Part shown: piece by piece, positions 24,606 through 35,059 of the stretch
How positions within the stretch are numbered: position 1 is the stretch's first letter
How the letters are laid out: each line of letters begins with the position of its first letter
NCBI GenBank assembly: GCA_034780895.1
Contig: JAUZTB010000083.1
Coordinates: 9,275,556-9,339,555, forward strand
DNA: 64,000 nt
Reading direction: 5' to 3'
DNA from: Rhynchobatus australiae
Taxonomy: Eukaryota
Program-made: the position numbers and the translations under genes
Notes under the pieces: generated by a model
Told to the model about the DNA's origin: nothing
Database searches by the model: none
Seen by the model: only the letters and a program-made list of their open reading frames with translations

Positions 24606-26187
24606 GTAAGTAATGCTGCTGTGTTCCAGCCAGTGCTGAGAGGATCAACTCGTTAGGAATTCCGGAGGAATGGGAGTTCCATGGATGTGTTTCGCTGGAT
24701 TTATCCAGGGAGCATCTCCATGGCCAACAGAGTGCACGTTAATGTGCATCGAGCAGGTTGCACAGTGCTGAGTTTGTTGGTTTTGGTTTCAGGAAAAGGT
24801 CAGCAGCCAAGGAAGGTCATTAAATGTTTTCCATTCGGCAGAGGCAGGACCCTGGAGTGCTGGAAGAGCCGGGGCTCCTGGGGAGAGCAGTGGCCAGGAA
24901 TGGTGGGGCTCCTGGAGGTGGGGAGGGGTCAGGATTCCTGGGGCCTGGGATTGGATTTGGTTTATTATTGTCATGTGTACTGAGAGACAGTGAAAAACTT
25001 TCGTCTGTGTGCCATCCAGACAGGTCATTCCATATATAAATCAGTATGTTGAGGTAGNNNNNNNNNNNNNNNNNNNNNNNNNNNNNNNNNNNNNNNNNNN
25101 NNNNNNNNNNNNNNNNAGGAAGTACAGCCAACGGGCAAGGGTCACGACGAGGTAGAGTGGGAGATCGAGTTCACCTTCAGTGTGTGAGAGGTCTGTTCAG
25201 GAGTCTGATAACGGTGGGATAGAAGCTGTCCTTGAGCCTGGTGGTACATGTTCTCAAGCTTGTATATCTTCTGCCTGATGGGAGGGGGGGAGAAGAGAGA
25301 ATGACCAGGGTGGGCGGGGTCAGTTATATTGGTTGCTTCCCTGAGTGCAGCATGGCCCCTGGGGTGGTGGGTGGGGGTTGTCCCCTGGCTGATCTACAGC
25401 CTTGAGCTGTGGGCTGAGCTGGAGGCTGCTTCGCCTGCTGCGACTCCTGTCGCCCCTGGCTCAGCTCATTATCCACCCAGGGCCCCACCAGAGCTGCAGC
25501 TGCTCTGTGTTGTACTGGATGCCAAGCATGGGTGAGGGTTAAGGGGGCAAGAGGGTGGCTGGAATCTGGAGCCCACTGCCTGAGGGCATGGCAGTGGGAG
25601 GAACTCTCACAACATAGAGGGGTACAGAATCAAAAGGGACATGGGGTGAATTCACTCACCGGAACTGGGGGGTGGGGGGGGGGTGCTTGAGTTATGAGGA
25701 TATCGTGGGTCTGTTTTCCCCAGAGCAAAGGAGACAGTCTGGAAGGCTGGATGGTCACAGTCTTTTTCCCAGGGTTGGAAAGTCTATAACTAGAGGGCAT
25801 AGTTATAAGGTGAGAGGGGAGAGATTTAAAAGGGACCTGAGGGGCAACTTTCACACAGATGGGTATATAAGAATGAGGAAGTGGTTGAGGCGGGTACACT
25901 ACATTTGGGACACTTGGAGAGGTACATTGATGGTAAAGATTTAGAGGGATGTGGGCCAAATACGGGCAAATGGGACTGGCTCAGATGCTGTGCATGGACA
26001 AATTGGGCTGAAGGGCCTGTTTTCGTGCTCTGTTGTTCTACGACACTGAGTATCTAGAGGAGGATGACTCGAGGTGCAGGAGGGGACTGGGATTGGTATG
26101 GATGGGCCGAAGGGCCTGTTTCTGTGACTCCGGTGAGGACTGTCGGGTGGTGCTGGGGGGTTAATGTTCTCGCCCCTTCCCTCGCAG

Positions 26188-26624
26188 GGAGCCGGAGCAG
26201 CGGGTCGAACCGCAGCGAAAGCGAGAGGAGGGCCGCCAAGGACAAGGACGGCAAGACGGTGGATTCCAAGTCGGGGAGTGGCAGCGAGTCGGAGTACTCC
26301 ACGCGGAGCAGTGTGCGGCGGGAGCACGCAGCCAGCGAGCGGTCAGCAGCCGGCAGCGAGCAGAGCCACCGCAGCCACCACCACTCGGTGATGGGCAGCG
26401 TGCGCTCCCACCACTCCGTCCACGCCTACGGACCACCTGGTGTCCCCCTGCAGTACAACCCCCTGATGGTGATGATGGTGCCGCAGCCCCCGTCCGCGGC
26501 TGTTCCGCCGGGGGCTCCCCCCGTCCGAGACCTGGGCTCCGTTCCGCCCGAGCTCACCGCCAGCCGCCAGTCCTTCCACATGGCCATGGGAAACCCCAGC
26601 GAGTTCTTCGTGGACGTCATGTGA
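26188..26624 (+). CDS. DVL2: DVL2 exon 15, coding part including TGA stop
   Basis: ctcgcag|GG AGC CGG...; [11 protein letters not shown]...[24 protein letters not shown]. Confidence 0.97.
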
Positions 26625-27950
26625 CAGAGGGCAGCACCAGAATCCGTGCTCCTCCCCACGGAACGCCGGGAAACCCAAGTGGAAGACCAACGTTCGACAC
26701 CAGTCCTGAACCCCAGCTTGAAAATTCCCAGCTGAAAAGCTCAGCGCTGGAGCAGAGACCCAGACAAGTATTTTAACATAAACTGTGTTTTAGTATAATT
26801 TAATTGAAGTACAATTAACAAGTGCAATTCTAGCCTTTTTTATTCTTTTTTTTATATTATAAACCAAGACCTAGTATTATCCTCCACTGTGATCACAGGA
26901 CCTATCTGTAGAGTTTGTGCCACAAACTCCACTCTCACCTGCAAAACAACCTTAAAGCCAGACTGCACAGCAACTGCCCGATCAACTCCCACACCAGGTT
27001 TCACATCACTGCCTGCTGCGGCATTCCTGAGGGGCAGAGATGCTTTGCTAGTCTCCCGTGCCTTGCAGGGTAACTTAGAGGAAAGTGAAAGGTCTGGCAT
27101 TTTTTTTAAATAATTTTTTTTTAGAATACAAGTAACTCAATTATGTTGTTGGAATGTTTTTTTGGAAGAAAGCAATAATCATTAGTNNNNNNNNNNNNNN
27201 NNNNNNNNNNNNNNNNNNNNNNNNNNNNNNNNTTAGTCTTACATCTTTATAGCAAACTTGAGCTTGTCTGTCTGACGTGTTCCCCCATTCTTTCCGACCA
27301 CAATCTGAATGTGGTTCCACGTATGGAATGCATTAGCCCTGGTCTGGCTCAATTCTCAATCCTGCAACAGCGAGCCAGCTCGGCCTCAGAAGTGGAGAAC
27401 CATCCCAAGGTGCTTCCCGGGAGTGTAAATCAAACAGAGCTTGACGCTCAGCCACAGGAAGTCAGAAGCTTGGCTGCAGATACAAGTTAAAAGGCGGTGC
27501 CTGAAAGGAGCAGGGAGTTTAGGAAGGGAATCCCAGAGTGTGGGGCCTAGGCAGCTGAAGACAAGTCAGGAATGCTGAGTTGGAGGAGTGCAGAGATTTG
27601 GGAGAGTAATTGGAGAGCATTCAGAGCTGTGGGAGCCTTTGTTCCGTTGTAACGGGTGATGGTGTGTGGGACCTTGGGTTTGCTTCCTGTTCCTCTTCTG
27701 GGAGGTGAAAAGTCACAGGCTTGGGACACTCTTTGTGGTCGATTTGCTTCAGGCTGTGGTTTATCAGTCGTGGTAGTCAAGTGAAACACCTTGTTACCTT
27801 TACAGGTCAAAACTCTCAGCTGAATTCCAACCTCTCTTAAAGGTTTATTTTAACCTTGTAAATACTACATCTAATAATTGTGATGTTTTATATATCATTG
27901 TTATTAATATCAACAAAACACGTGCATGATATGAAATACTTTGATGTAGC
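26625..27950 (+). other. DVL2: Probable DVL2 3' UTR (end uncertain)
   Basis: Follows the stop codon, with U-rich/AU-rich blocks at about 26770-26865, 27100-27190 and 27840-27950. No canonical AATAAA was found by eye, so the 3' end is a guess. Confidence 0.5.
27400..27625 (-). mobile_element. L2-like LINE remnant
   Basis: agggaatcccagagtgtggggcctaggcagctgaag motif, also present at about 36895-37005, 38567-38680 and 55985-56400. Confidence 0.5.
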
Positions 27951-29029
27951 TCCTATACCGATTATCTTGGACAGCTCTAACTCCTAAGTTATTGTAACTT
28001 CAGCTTGCACAAACTTTTCTTGAACTGTAACTCTGACTCTAAACACACCTCTGGTGATCACTCAGCTCAATCCCATCAGTACAGATCAATCCTGGCCACC
28101 TGGAGTGCTGTCTTTAACTCGCTGCCTTCCTGAAGTGCTCCATTATTCACTTCTTCCAACAAAGTTGCTGCTGCCGTCATAACTCGACTCCCTAAGTAGC
28201 TGCTCCTTGCCACCTGCCTTTTCTTTACTCTGACAGCCCTCATTGTTGTTCTTGACATTCCCTTGCTCATTGCTCTCTCGCTCATGGCCACAGTTTAGAT
28301 TTTTCTTGGCCATGGGAGTTTCTTCCCTTGGGCACAGCTGCTGTGACGTGTTTCAGCGGAGTTTCAACCCTCTTTGTCCTCCTCAGAGGTGATCAGTGAT
28401 GGACACTTGTTCAAGACTCTCCTGTAAAACCTAATTTCTTGTACTGTGTCACCATCACGGTTTGGGGAAACTGCTCTGCTGGTGGAAATGAGCGGAGATG
28501 AGCAGACTCTTCAGACCAGATCTAGCCAGAGTGAAGATAGTTAGGCAATCCCCTCCCACACAGACTCGGTGACCACGTTGTGTGTGACTATTGACCATCC
28601 TCGTGTACCATCTGCAGACTGTGCTGCACAACTGGCCAAGGCTCCTTTGGCACCTTCCTCGCCTGTGACCTCTGCAGCAGCAGATCCATCTCTGAGACCC
28701 ACCACGTCCTCTCCCTGACTGGCTCCACATTCCTGAACTCCCTCCCCACACCTTCACCATGATCAAAGGAGAAGCATCTCTCTCACTTGTAGCTGCATCA
28801 CATGGCCAGCAGATGGCAATAGGAGCTCAGTGTGAGTACAAAATCCAAGCAGGAATTCAGCAGCTCCAAGGCTGTTAGTACCAGATTATATGATGTGACA
28901 GAGGAATTTTCTAGGCTGGGGTTGAGCAGGGTGTGGTGGGTTTGGGAGTGCACACCTGAAAACGACAGCATTGTTGGGAACAAAACATGCCAACTTTCAC
29001 CTATTCAGGATGTCACAGCCTCTGTTAAA

Positions 29030-29300
29030 CTGTGTACGGCATCCAATCTATGCACAGCAAGCTCCCNNNNNNTACGGCATCCAATCTATGCACAGCAAGC
29101 TCCCAAATCATTGAGCAGATTATGAGCAGGTAGTTGGGTTCTGTGATGGAAATTGAGTTAAACATCTGGAACCCCTGTTGCCTTCTGCAATAGAATGATT
29201 TTTTTTACATTCACTGCAGTGCGGCGCTCCCTCGCCATCGCCCCTCTCACTGTGGATGTTGTTGGAGTCTGTTCCTGAATTGTCCACCACCGTCCATGAC
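29030..29300 (-). mobile_element. Deu-domain SINE remnant
   Basis: ccaatctatgcacagcaagctccc...ttttacattcac...cagtgcggcgctccctc is the reverse complement of Deu-SINE core motifs. Similar minus copies at about 48190-48315 and 60130-60400. Confidence 0.55.
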
Positions 29301-32300
29301 CCGTTGTGTCAGGACTGAAGAATTTCCATCTGATCCGATGGTGGTGAGATCGCTTGGTTTTCCCTACTGCTTAGCATACAAGGTGTTGTGTGCTGAAGCC
29401 TCACTGGGGCGGCACCTCATCATTTCTGGATACACCTTCTCCCAGCGTAGCCTTGTGCCCCTGTTATTGAACCAGGATATCCCACGCTGTAACGTACAGA
29501 CTGCATTACTGATGGTCCACAGTGCCTCAGCTCTGAGCTACCAGATCTGAAGCTACATCACCTGGCCTGCCTTGTCTGTCATAAAATATTAATTTAATTC
29601 AACGTTGTCACTTTGGCTCTTATCACCCCACTCAGTCCTTCTGCCGTGCTGCACTGCGGAGGATGCTGTGCTAAAGAACACATTGTGCTTTCATCTCTGC
29701 TGCCCACCTCCAGCACTCCCTGTTGCAGAGGTTCCCCATTCTCTGGTGAAACAAATTTCAATGATCAAACTCTCTCACGTATTTAAAGACTTCTAACAGG
29801 TCACACCTGAGCCATAAGGACCTGGTTCTGCTCAGACTTGCCTGGATGATGTGTGGTCAGGATGATGTGGATTCAGGTCACAACCTCTCACCGTCACACA
29901 GCACGGAAACAGGCCCTTCAGCCCGCAATTCCTATCACCCACCTCCTCCCCCCCCAAGATCCTACCCCTCACCCACACACTGGGGGGGGTGGTAATTTAC
30001 AGCAGCCAATTAACCCACCGACCCCACACATCATTAGAGCACCTGGGGGAAACCCATGCAGTCATAGGGAGGACATGTGAACTCCACACAGACAGCGCCG
30101 GTTGGGATTGAGCCGGGTCTCTGGAGCTGTGGGGCGGTGGCTCAACCCCTAGTGCTATCGTAGTTGTATTACTTTTACGAAAGGATTCAACCTGCAAGTG
30201 AGAGGGCTGAGTGCTTTTCACTCCAAATCTGATTAATAATTCCAACACATTTTTGAAATGACAATGTGTACGTCTGCTGGACCTGGGTTAAATTTAAGAG
30301 TTTATACATTCTCCCCGTGTGTCTGCGTGGGTTTCCTCCCACATTCCAAAGATGTACGGGTCAGTAACGCAAAAAGATGCATTTCACTGTGTGTTTCGAT
30401 GTGCACGTGACTAACAAATATATATGAATGGTGTGTTTAGCATGTGGTGGGAATGCAATGTAAAGCTGCTGACTTGTTACCCATTACACTGCAGGGCAGG
30501 CTGGTTGTTGAGCAGAAGCGGATTTGAGTTCATTTGCAGTTCTTTCAATGAAAAACAAGTTTGTCTGTTGCAGTGATCTGAAATGCACAACTTTAAAAGG
30601 CAGCGGAAGCATTTCATTAGGAAATAATCAAGTGTTTTCAGAGAAATGGGAAGAGAGTGGGAATATTGGAATTGGTTTATTATTGTCACGTGTGCTGAGG
30701 TACAGTGAAAAATGCGTACCGTTCATACAGATCAATTCATTACACAGTGCATTGAGGTAGTACAAGGTAAAACAATAACAGTGCAGAATAAACTGTTACA
30801 GAGAAAGTGCAGTGTAGGTAGACAATAAGGGGAAGCAAGGTCACATGAGGTAGATTGTGAGGTCAAGAGTCCCATCTAATCGTAGGGTTCTTTCAATTAG
30901 CCTCACAGCTCCCTGACCTTGGTTCAATCAATGTGGAGCATGGGGCCATTCAGCCCATCGGCTCCCAATGGAGTAATCCCATTAGTGTTCTCTCCCATCA
31001 CAATCTTCCCTACAACTTATTCTCTCGGATGCCTGCCAGCTCCCCTTTGATTCTTTGTCACTAATTTCTGACTCTCCAGCTGGCAATGAAAATGCGTCCC
31101 ACTGCTGGTGAAAAGGGTGGAGGGGCACACAGAACTGTACAGCACAGGAACAGGCCCTTTGGCCGACAGTTTCTGTGCTAAACACGATATCGAATTAAAC
31201 TGACTCTCTCCTGCCTGCACATGATCCATATCCCTCCATTCCCTGCATATTCATGTCTAAAATCTATCGTATCTGCTTCCACCACCACCCCTGGCAGCTC
31301 ATTCCAGGCACCCACCATTCCCTGTGTGGAAAACATCCTGTACATCTCCTTTAAACTTTTGCCCTCTAACCTTAAATGCACATCCTCTAGTAAGACATTT
31401 CTACCCTGGGAATAAGATTCTGACTGTCTACCCTGTCCATGCTTCTCATAATTTTATAAACTTCTATCAGGTTTCCCCTCAGCCTCCGACACTGCAGAGA
31501 AACGGAGAGAAAGTTGCAGGAACAAACGGTACTGAGGTGAGAGAGGGGACATGTGGGTTGATAGTTTTTGTTGCTCCAAAGCACATGCTTAGTGCTGGTG
31601 ATGTACCCATGCATTAGCCTGGTATTCCCTGGAGTTTACCACCGGACTGGATGAGTTTTCCCCGTGACTGCAAGAGGTAAATAAGGGTTTCAGAAAGTGA
31701 AACTAACAACTGAAGGAAAATCGAGAAAACTGAAGGTTTCATTTTCAGTAAAGTTTATGGGTTTTAATAGGAAAGACAAAATCTCATTTCGCTGTTGCAA
31801 CCATTATTGAAAGAGCAGGCGCGAGGAAGAGTGCAGGGGTTAATCACAGTGACACAAGACCCTGGTGACGGGTCCCACCTTGAGAACACTAAGCTGGAAG
31901 AATATAATCATATTGAGTCACCCAGCTGAGGAAAAGGGTCTTCAGCCCATCAGTTCCATACTGGCTATCAACCAACCATTTACATTAATCCCACCCTATT
32001 CTCCCCACAGTCCCTTCAACTCCCACCAAACTCTACCCCTCACCCACACACTTGGGGCAATTTACAGCAGCCAATTAACCCACTGTGTTTGGGATGTGGG
32101 AGTTAACCAGAGCACCCGGAGGGGAACCCACGTGGTCATGGAGAACATGCAAACTCTGTGTAGATGGCACCAGAGGTCGGGATCCAAACCCGGTCACTGG
32201 AACTGTGAGGCAGCAGATGGTGAATTGCCAGAATGATATCTGGACTTCAAGGGTTAACTTTTGGGAGATTCCAAATGACCAAGAGAACAGATTCCTGTTG

Positions 32301-33571
32301 TAAACTTTTCAAGATATTATGTGGAACTGATCAAATTGAGCTTGTGTTTATGAGAGCTATAAGCCAGGAGGGCAGTCAGAAGTGAGTCTCAACTCAATAA
32401 AGCTTGCTTTGATGGTAAGTCCCCCAGACTGACTGTTCAAGACAGGTCAAATTTATTGTCATGTGCACACATACTGTGAGGTATAGGTACAATGAAAAAC
32501 TTACAGCTTATCACAGGCTCGTAGATTCAGACAACACAGAATATAAATTGTACATAACTTATACAAGACAGAAAAGAAAAAGACTGCAAAAAGGATATTA
32601 GTGCAAAAACACAATCCATGGTAGTTCAAGAGGTGGTCTATAGTGTTCTGTTGCTGACGTAGGGTTAGGGTTGTGTGGTTGGTTCAAGAACCTGATGGTT
32701 GTAATTGATTTATTATTCTCACATGCAGTGAAACACAATGAAAAGCTTGTGTTTCTGTTCCATCCAGACAGATCATTCCATACATCAAGGTAGTACAAAA
32801 GGAAAAAGCAGAATGTTGGGTTACAGTTCTAGAGAAAGTGTAGTGCAGGCAAGGGCCATGACGTGGGAGATCAAGAGTCCAGCTTTCAGTATGTGAGACA
32901 TCTGTTTCAAGAGTCTGATAACAGCAGGAGAGAAGCTGTCCTTCAGCCTGATGGTACATGCTCCCAAGCCCTCTTCTACCCAATGGGAGGGGGAGAAGAG
33001 AGGGTGGGAGGGGTCCTTGATTACGTTTCAGGTCGAGACCCTTCATCCCGACGCAAGTCCAAGTGAAGGGTCTCAACCCTAAACTTCAACTGTCCATTTC
33101 CCTCCATAGGTGTTGCTCAATCCACTGAACCTCCTCCAGCAGATTGTTGTTCCAGATTCCTTCATCTGCAGTTTCTCGTGTCTCCTTGGTTATGTTGGCA
33201 GAGGGAAGTGTAGACAGAGTCAATGGAGCTGTTCCTGAACCTGGTGGTGTGGGGCTTGACAGTAGCCTAGTTAAGGAGCAAGTGTTCCTGAATGCTCCTC
33301 AACTGCACCACTGGCAATTTGTACCACCTGAAGTACAGAGATGTGACTACAACTCCCTCCCTGGCGGTTGTAGACGTTTAATTAAAGAGAAGGGTAAAGT
33401 GAAGGATGGGGGAAAGCAGAAGTGTTTGTCCCAGCAACAAGATTCAACAGGAGTTTTCGGGCGTCCCAGGTTCAGGGGTCCACAGAGCTCCCCACAGTGA
33501 ATCTGAAGTTGTGATGTGGGGGAACGTCAGTGCGCTGGTCTAATGCTTCATCCCGAAGTATGGTAATGCTC

Positions 33572-33975
33572 CCACAGTGACGCTCCCTCAGTACCGACCT
33601 CCCCCCCCACCCCCACAGTGCGGCGCTCCCTCGGTACCGCCCCCCCACACAGTGCGGCGCTCCCTCAGTACCGTCCCCCCCACAATGCTGCGCTCCCTCA
33701 GTGCCGACCCCCCCACCCCCACAGTGCGGCGCTCCCTCAGTACCGACCTCCCCCCCACCCCACAGNNNNNNNNNNNNNNNNNNNNNNNNNNNNNNNNNNN
33801 NNNNNNNNNNNNNNNNNNNNNNNNNNNNNNNNNNNNNNNNNNNNNNNNNNNNNNNNNNNNNNNNNNNNNNNNNNNNNNNNNNNNNNNNNNNNNNNNNNNN
33901 NNNNNNNNNNNNNNNNNNNNNNNNCGCCCCCCCCCCCACCACACAGTGCGGCGCTCCCTCTGCACCGCCCCCCCG
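33572..33975. repeat. GC-rich minisatellite (unit about 35-40 bp: cacagtgcggcgctccctcagtaccg + C-run)
   Basis: At least 6 visible copies on both sides of an N gap (33766-33923). Confidence 0.9.
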
Positions 33976-33989
33976 CCCACAGCCCATTC

Positions 33990-34780
33990 ACAAACGCCTC
34001 CGTGCGGGATTGGCAGGGAACCAGCCGGGAATATTTAACCCTCGTCCAATCAGAGACCCGGCAGCGAGCACGTGGGGGTTGAGGCGGCGGTTGTTCATTG
34101 GCGTTGAGCGCAGGCAGTAACGAATCAAAAGTGGGTGGGCGGGATCGCTCGCAGTGATTGACGTCTTGGGGCAATGTGACAGCATTCCTTGCAGGGGGCG
34201 TGGTCATATGCATTAATAATTGACAGGCCTGCTGGCCCAATCAGAACGCAGCGCTGTTGAGGACATGGTCACGCTCGCGACGGGACTTCAAACCCAACCG
34301 TTGAGACAAACGTCCTTGATTGACATCCATGACATTCAATCAGACAGGAGATTGACATTCAGATGATCCAATCAACACACGCAGAGGGCAGGGTCCGAAC
34401 CCATCAGTTCGCTCGTGCTGGAGAGCACCAACGGATTCTTCAGGAATGTCGGAACAACCAATGGGAAAGCCGGACGTCTGTCCAATCAGCGCGCGCGAAG
34501 GGCGGGCAAGTGGCGCGGAGGAGCCAACAGGCGTAAAATATCGTTCGCCTTGAAGTGGGGGAGGGGGTGCGGTCGGCGATGATAGACAGTTTGGAAGACC
34601 AGTCAGCGCAGGAAACGTCTAGAGATTGACGGACCTATCAGGCCAATCGCGGTAGCGAATTGGAGTTCGCGTCAACCTATTGGTCAAAGTCATCCAATCA
34701 TCAGCGGCAAAGTAGGCGTGGCCAGTTAGTGGGCGGGACTTTGTTAATAGCCGGAGCAGAGACGGCGAAAGGGCTTGTTC
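33990..34780. promoter_or_regulatory. CpG-island promoter of FXR2 with dense CCAAT boxes, GC boxes, E-box and CRE-like site
   Basis: CpG-rich relative to flanks. CCAAT/ATTGG at 34009, 34046, 34097, 34237, 34368, 34458, 34482, 34643, 34659, 34679, 34694; CACGTG at 34069; TGACGTC at 34159; GGGCGG boxes near 34136, 34500 and 34731. Confidence 0.85.
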
Positions 34781-34832
34781 GGTCGGCGGCGGCGGCTCGG
34801 CGACGCTCCCCGGGCTGCGGCGCGGGTCAGCG

Positions 34833-34883
34833 ATGGACGGGCTGGCGGTGGAGGTGCGCGGCTCCAACGGCGCCTTTTACAAG
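34833..34883 (+). CDS. FXR2: FXR2 coding exon 1 (fragile X mental retardation syndrome-related protein 2, Agenet/Tudor N-terminus)
   Basis: Strong Kozak context (gcgATGG); MDGLAVEVRGSNGAFYK|gtgagg matches the FMR1/FXR family first exon and its phase-0 donor. The FXR2 assignment rests on the MDGLAV start and linkage to DVL2; family membership is more certain than paralog identity. Confidence 0.85.
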
Positions 34884-35059
34884 GTGAGGAGAGGCGGGAT
34901 CGGAACCCGGCCCTGCCCCCACCCCAGCCGGCGCTGTGGCCGTTACCCCCCCTCCCCCGGCCCGGGGCAGCTGCCCGGGTCCGGGACCCGCGGGTGGGGG
35001 GGAGCGGCCTTTCCTCCCAGGCCGGCGGCTGCCACCTCCTGCTTCCCAACGCCTCCATA

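Larger units (their letters stand above)
6041..26624 (+). other. DVL2: DVL2 gene span (coding exons 2-15; exon 1 upstream of window)
   Basis: 14 exons with GT-AG sites and consistent phases splice into a continuous Dishevelled ORF (end of DIX, PDZ, DEP, C-terminal tail). DVL2-type residues: [65 protein letters not shown]. Confidence 0.93.

Noticed and set aside
6041-26624. Assignment of the Dishevelled gene as DVL3 or DVL1
   Set aside because: The YHEL motif, [21 protein letters not shown] and SFHMAMG residues and linkage to an FXR2-like exon favour DVL2, despite the DVL3-like His tract.
28076-28291. Minus-strand 71-aa ORF (MAMSERAMSK...VARIDLY) with an upstream acceptor-like ttttacag, considered as an ACADVL remnant or hidden convergent gene
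   Set aside because: All three frames after the acceptor hit stops quickly. The only similarity to ACADVL is the 4-residue IDLY, and no further exons were found.
33577-34120. Repeat-plus-variable-spacer pattern superficially like a CRISPR array, with repetitive ORFs
   Set aside because: The locus is eukaryotic, the 'spacers' are only variable C-runs, and there are no cas genes. It is a minisatellite.
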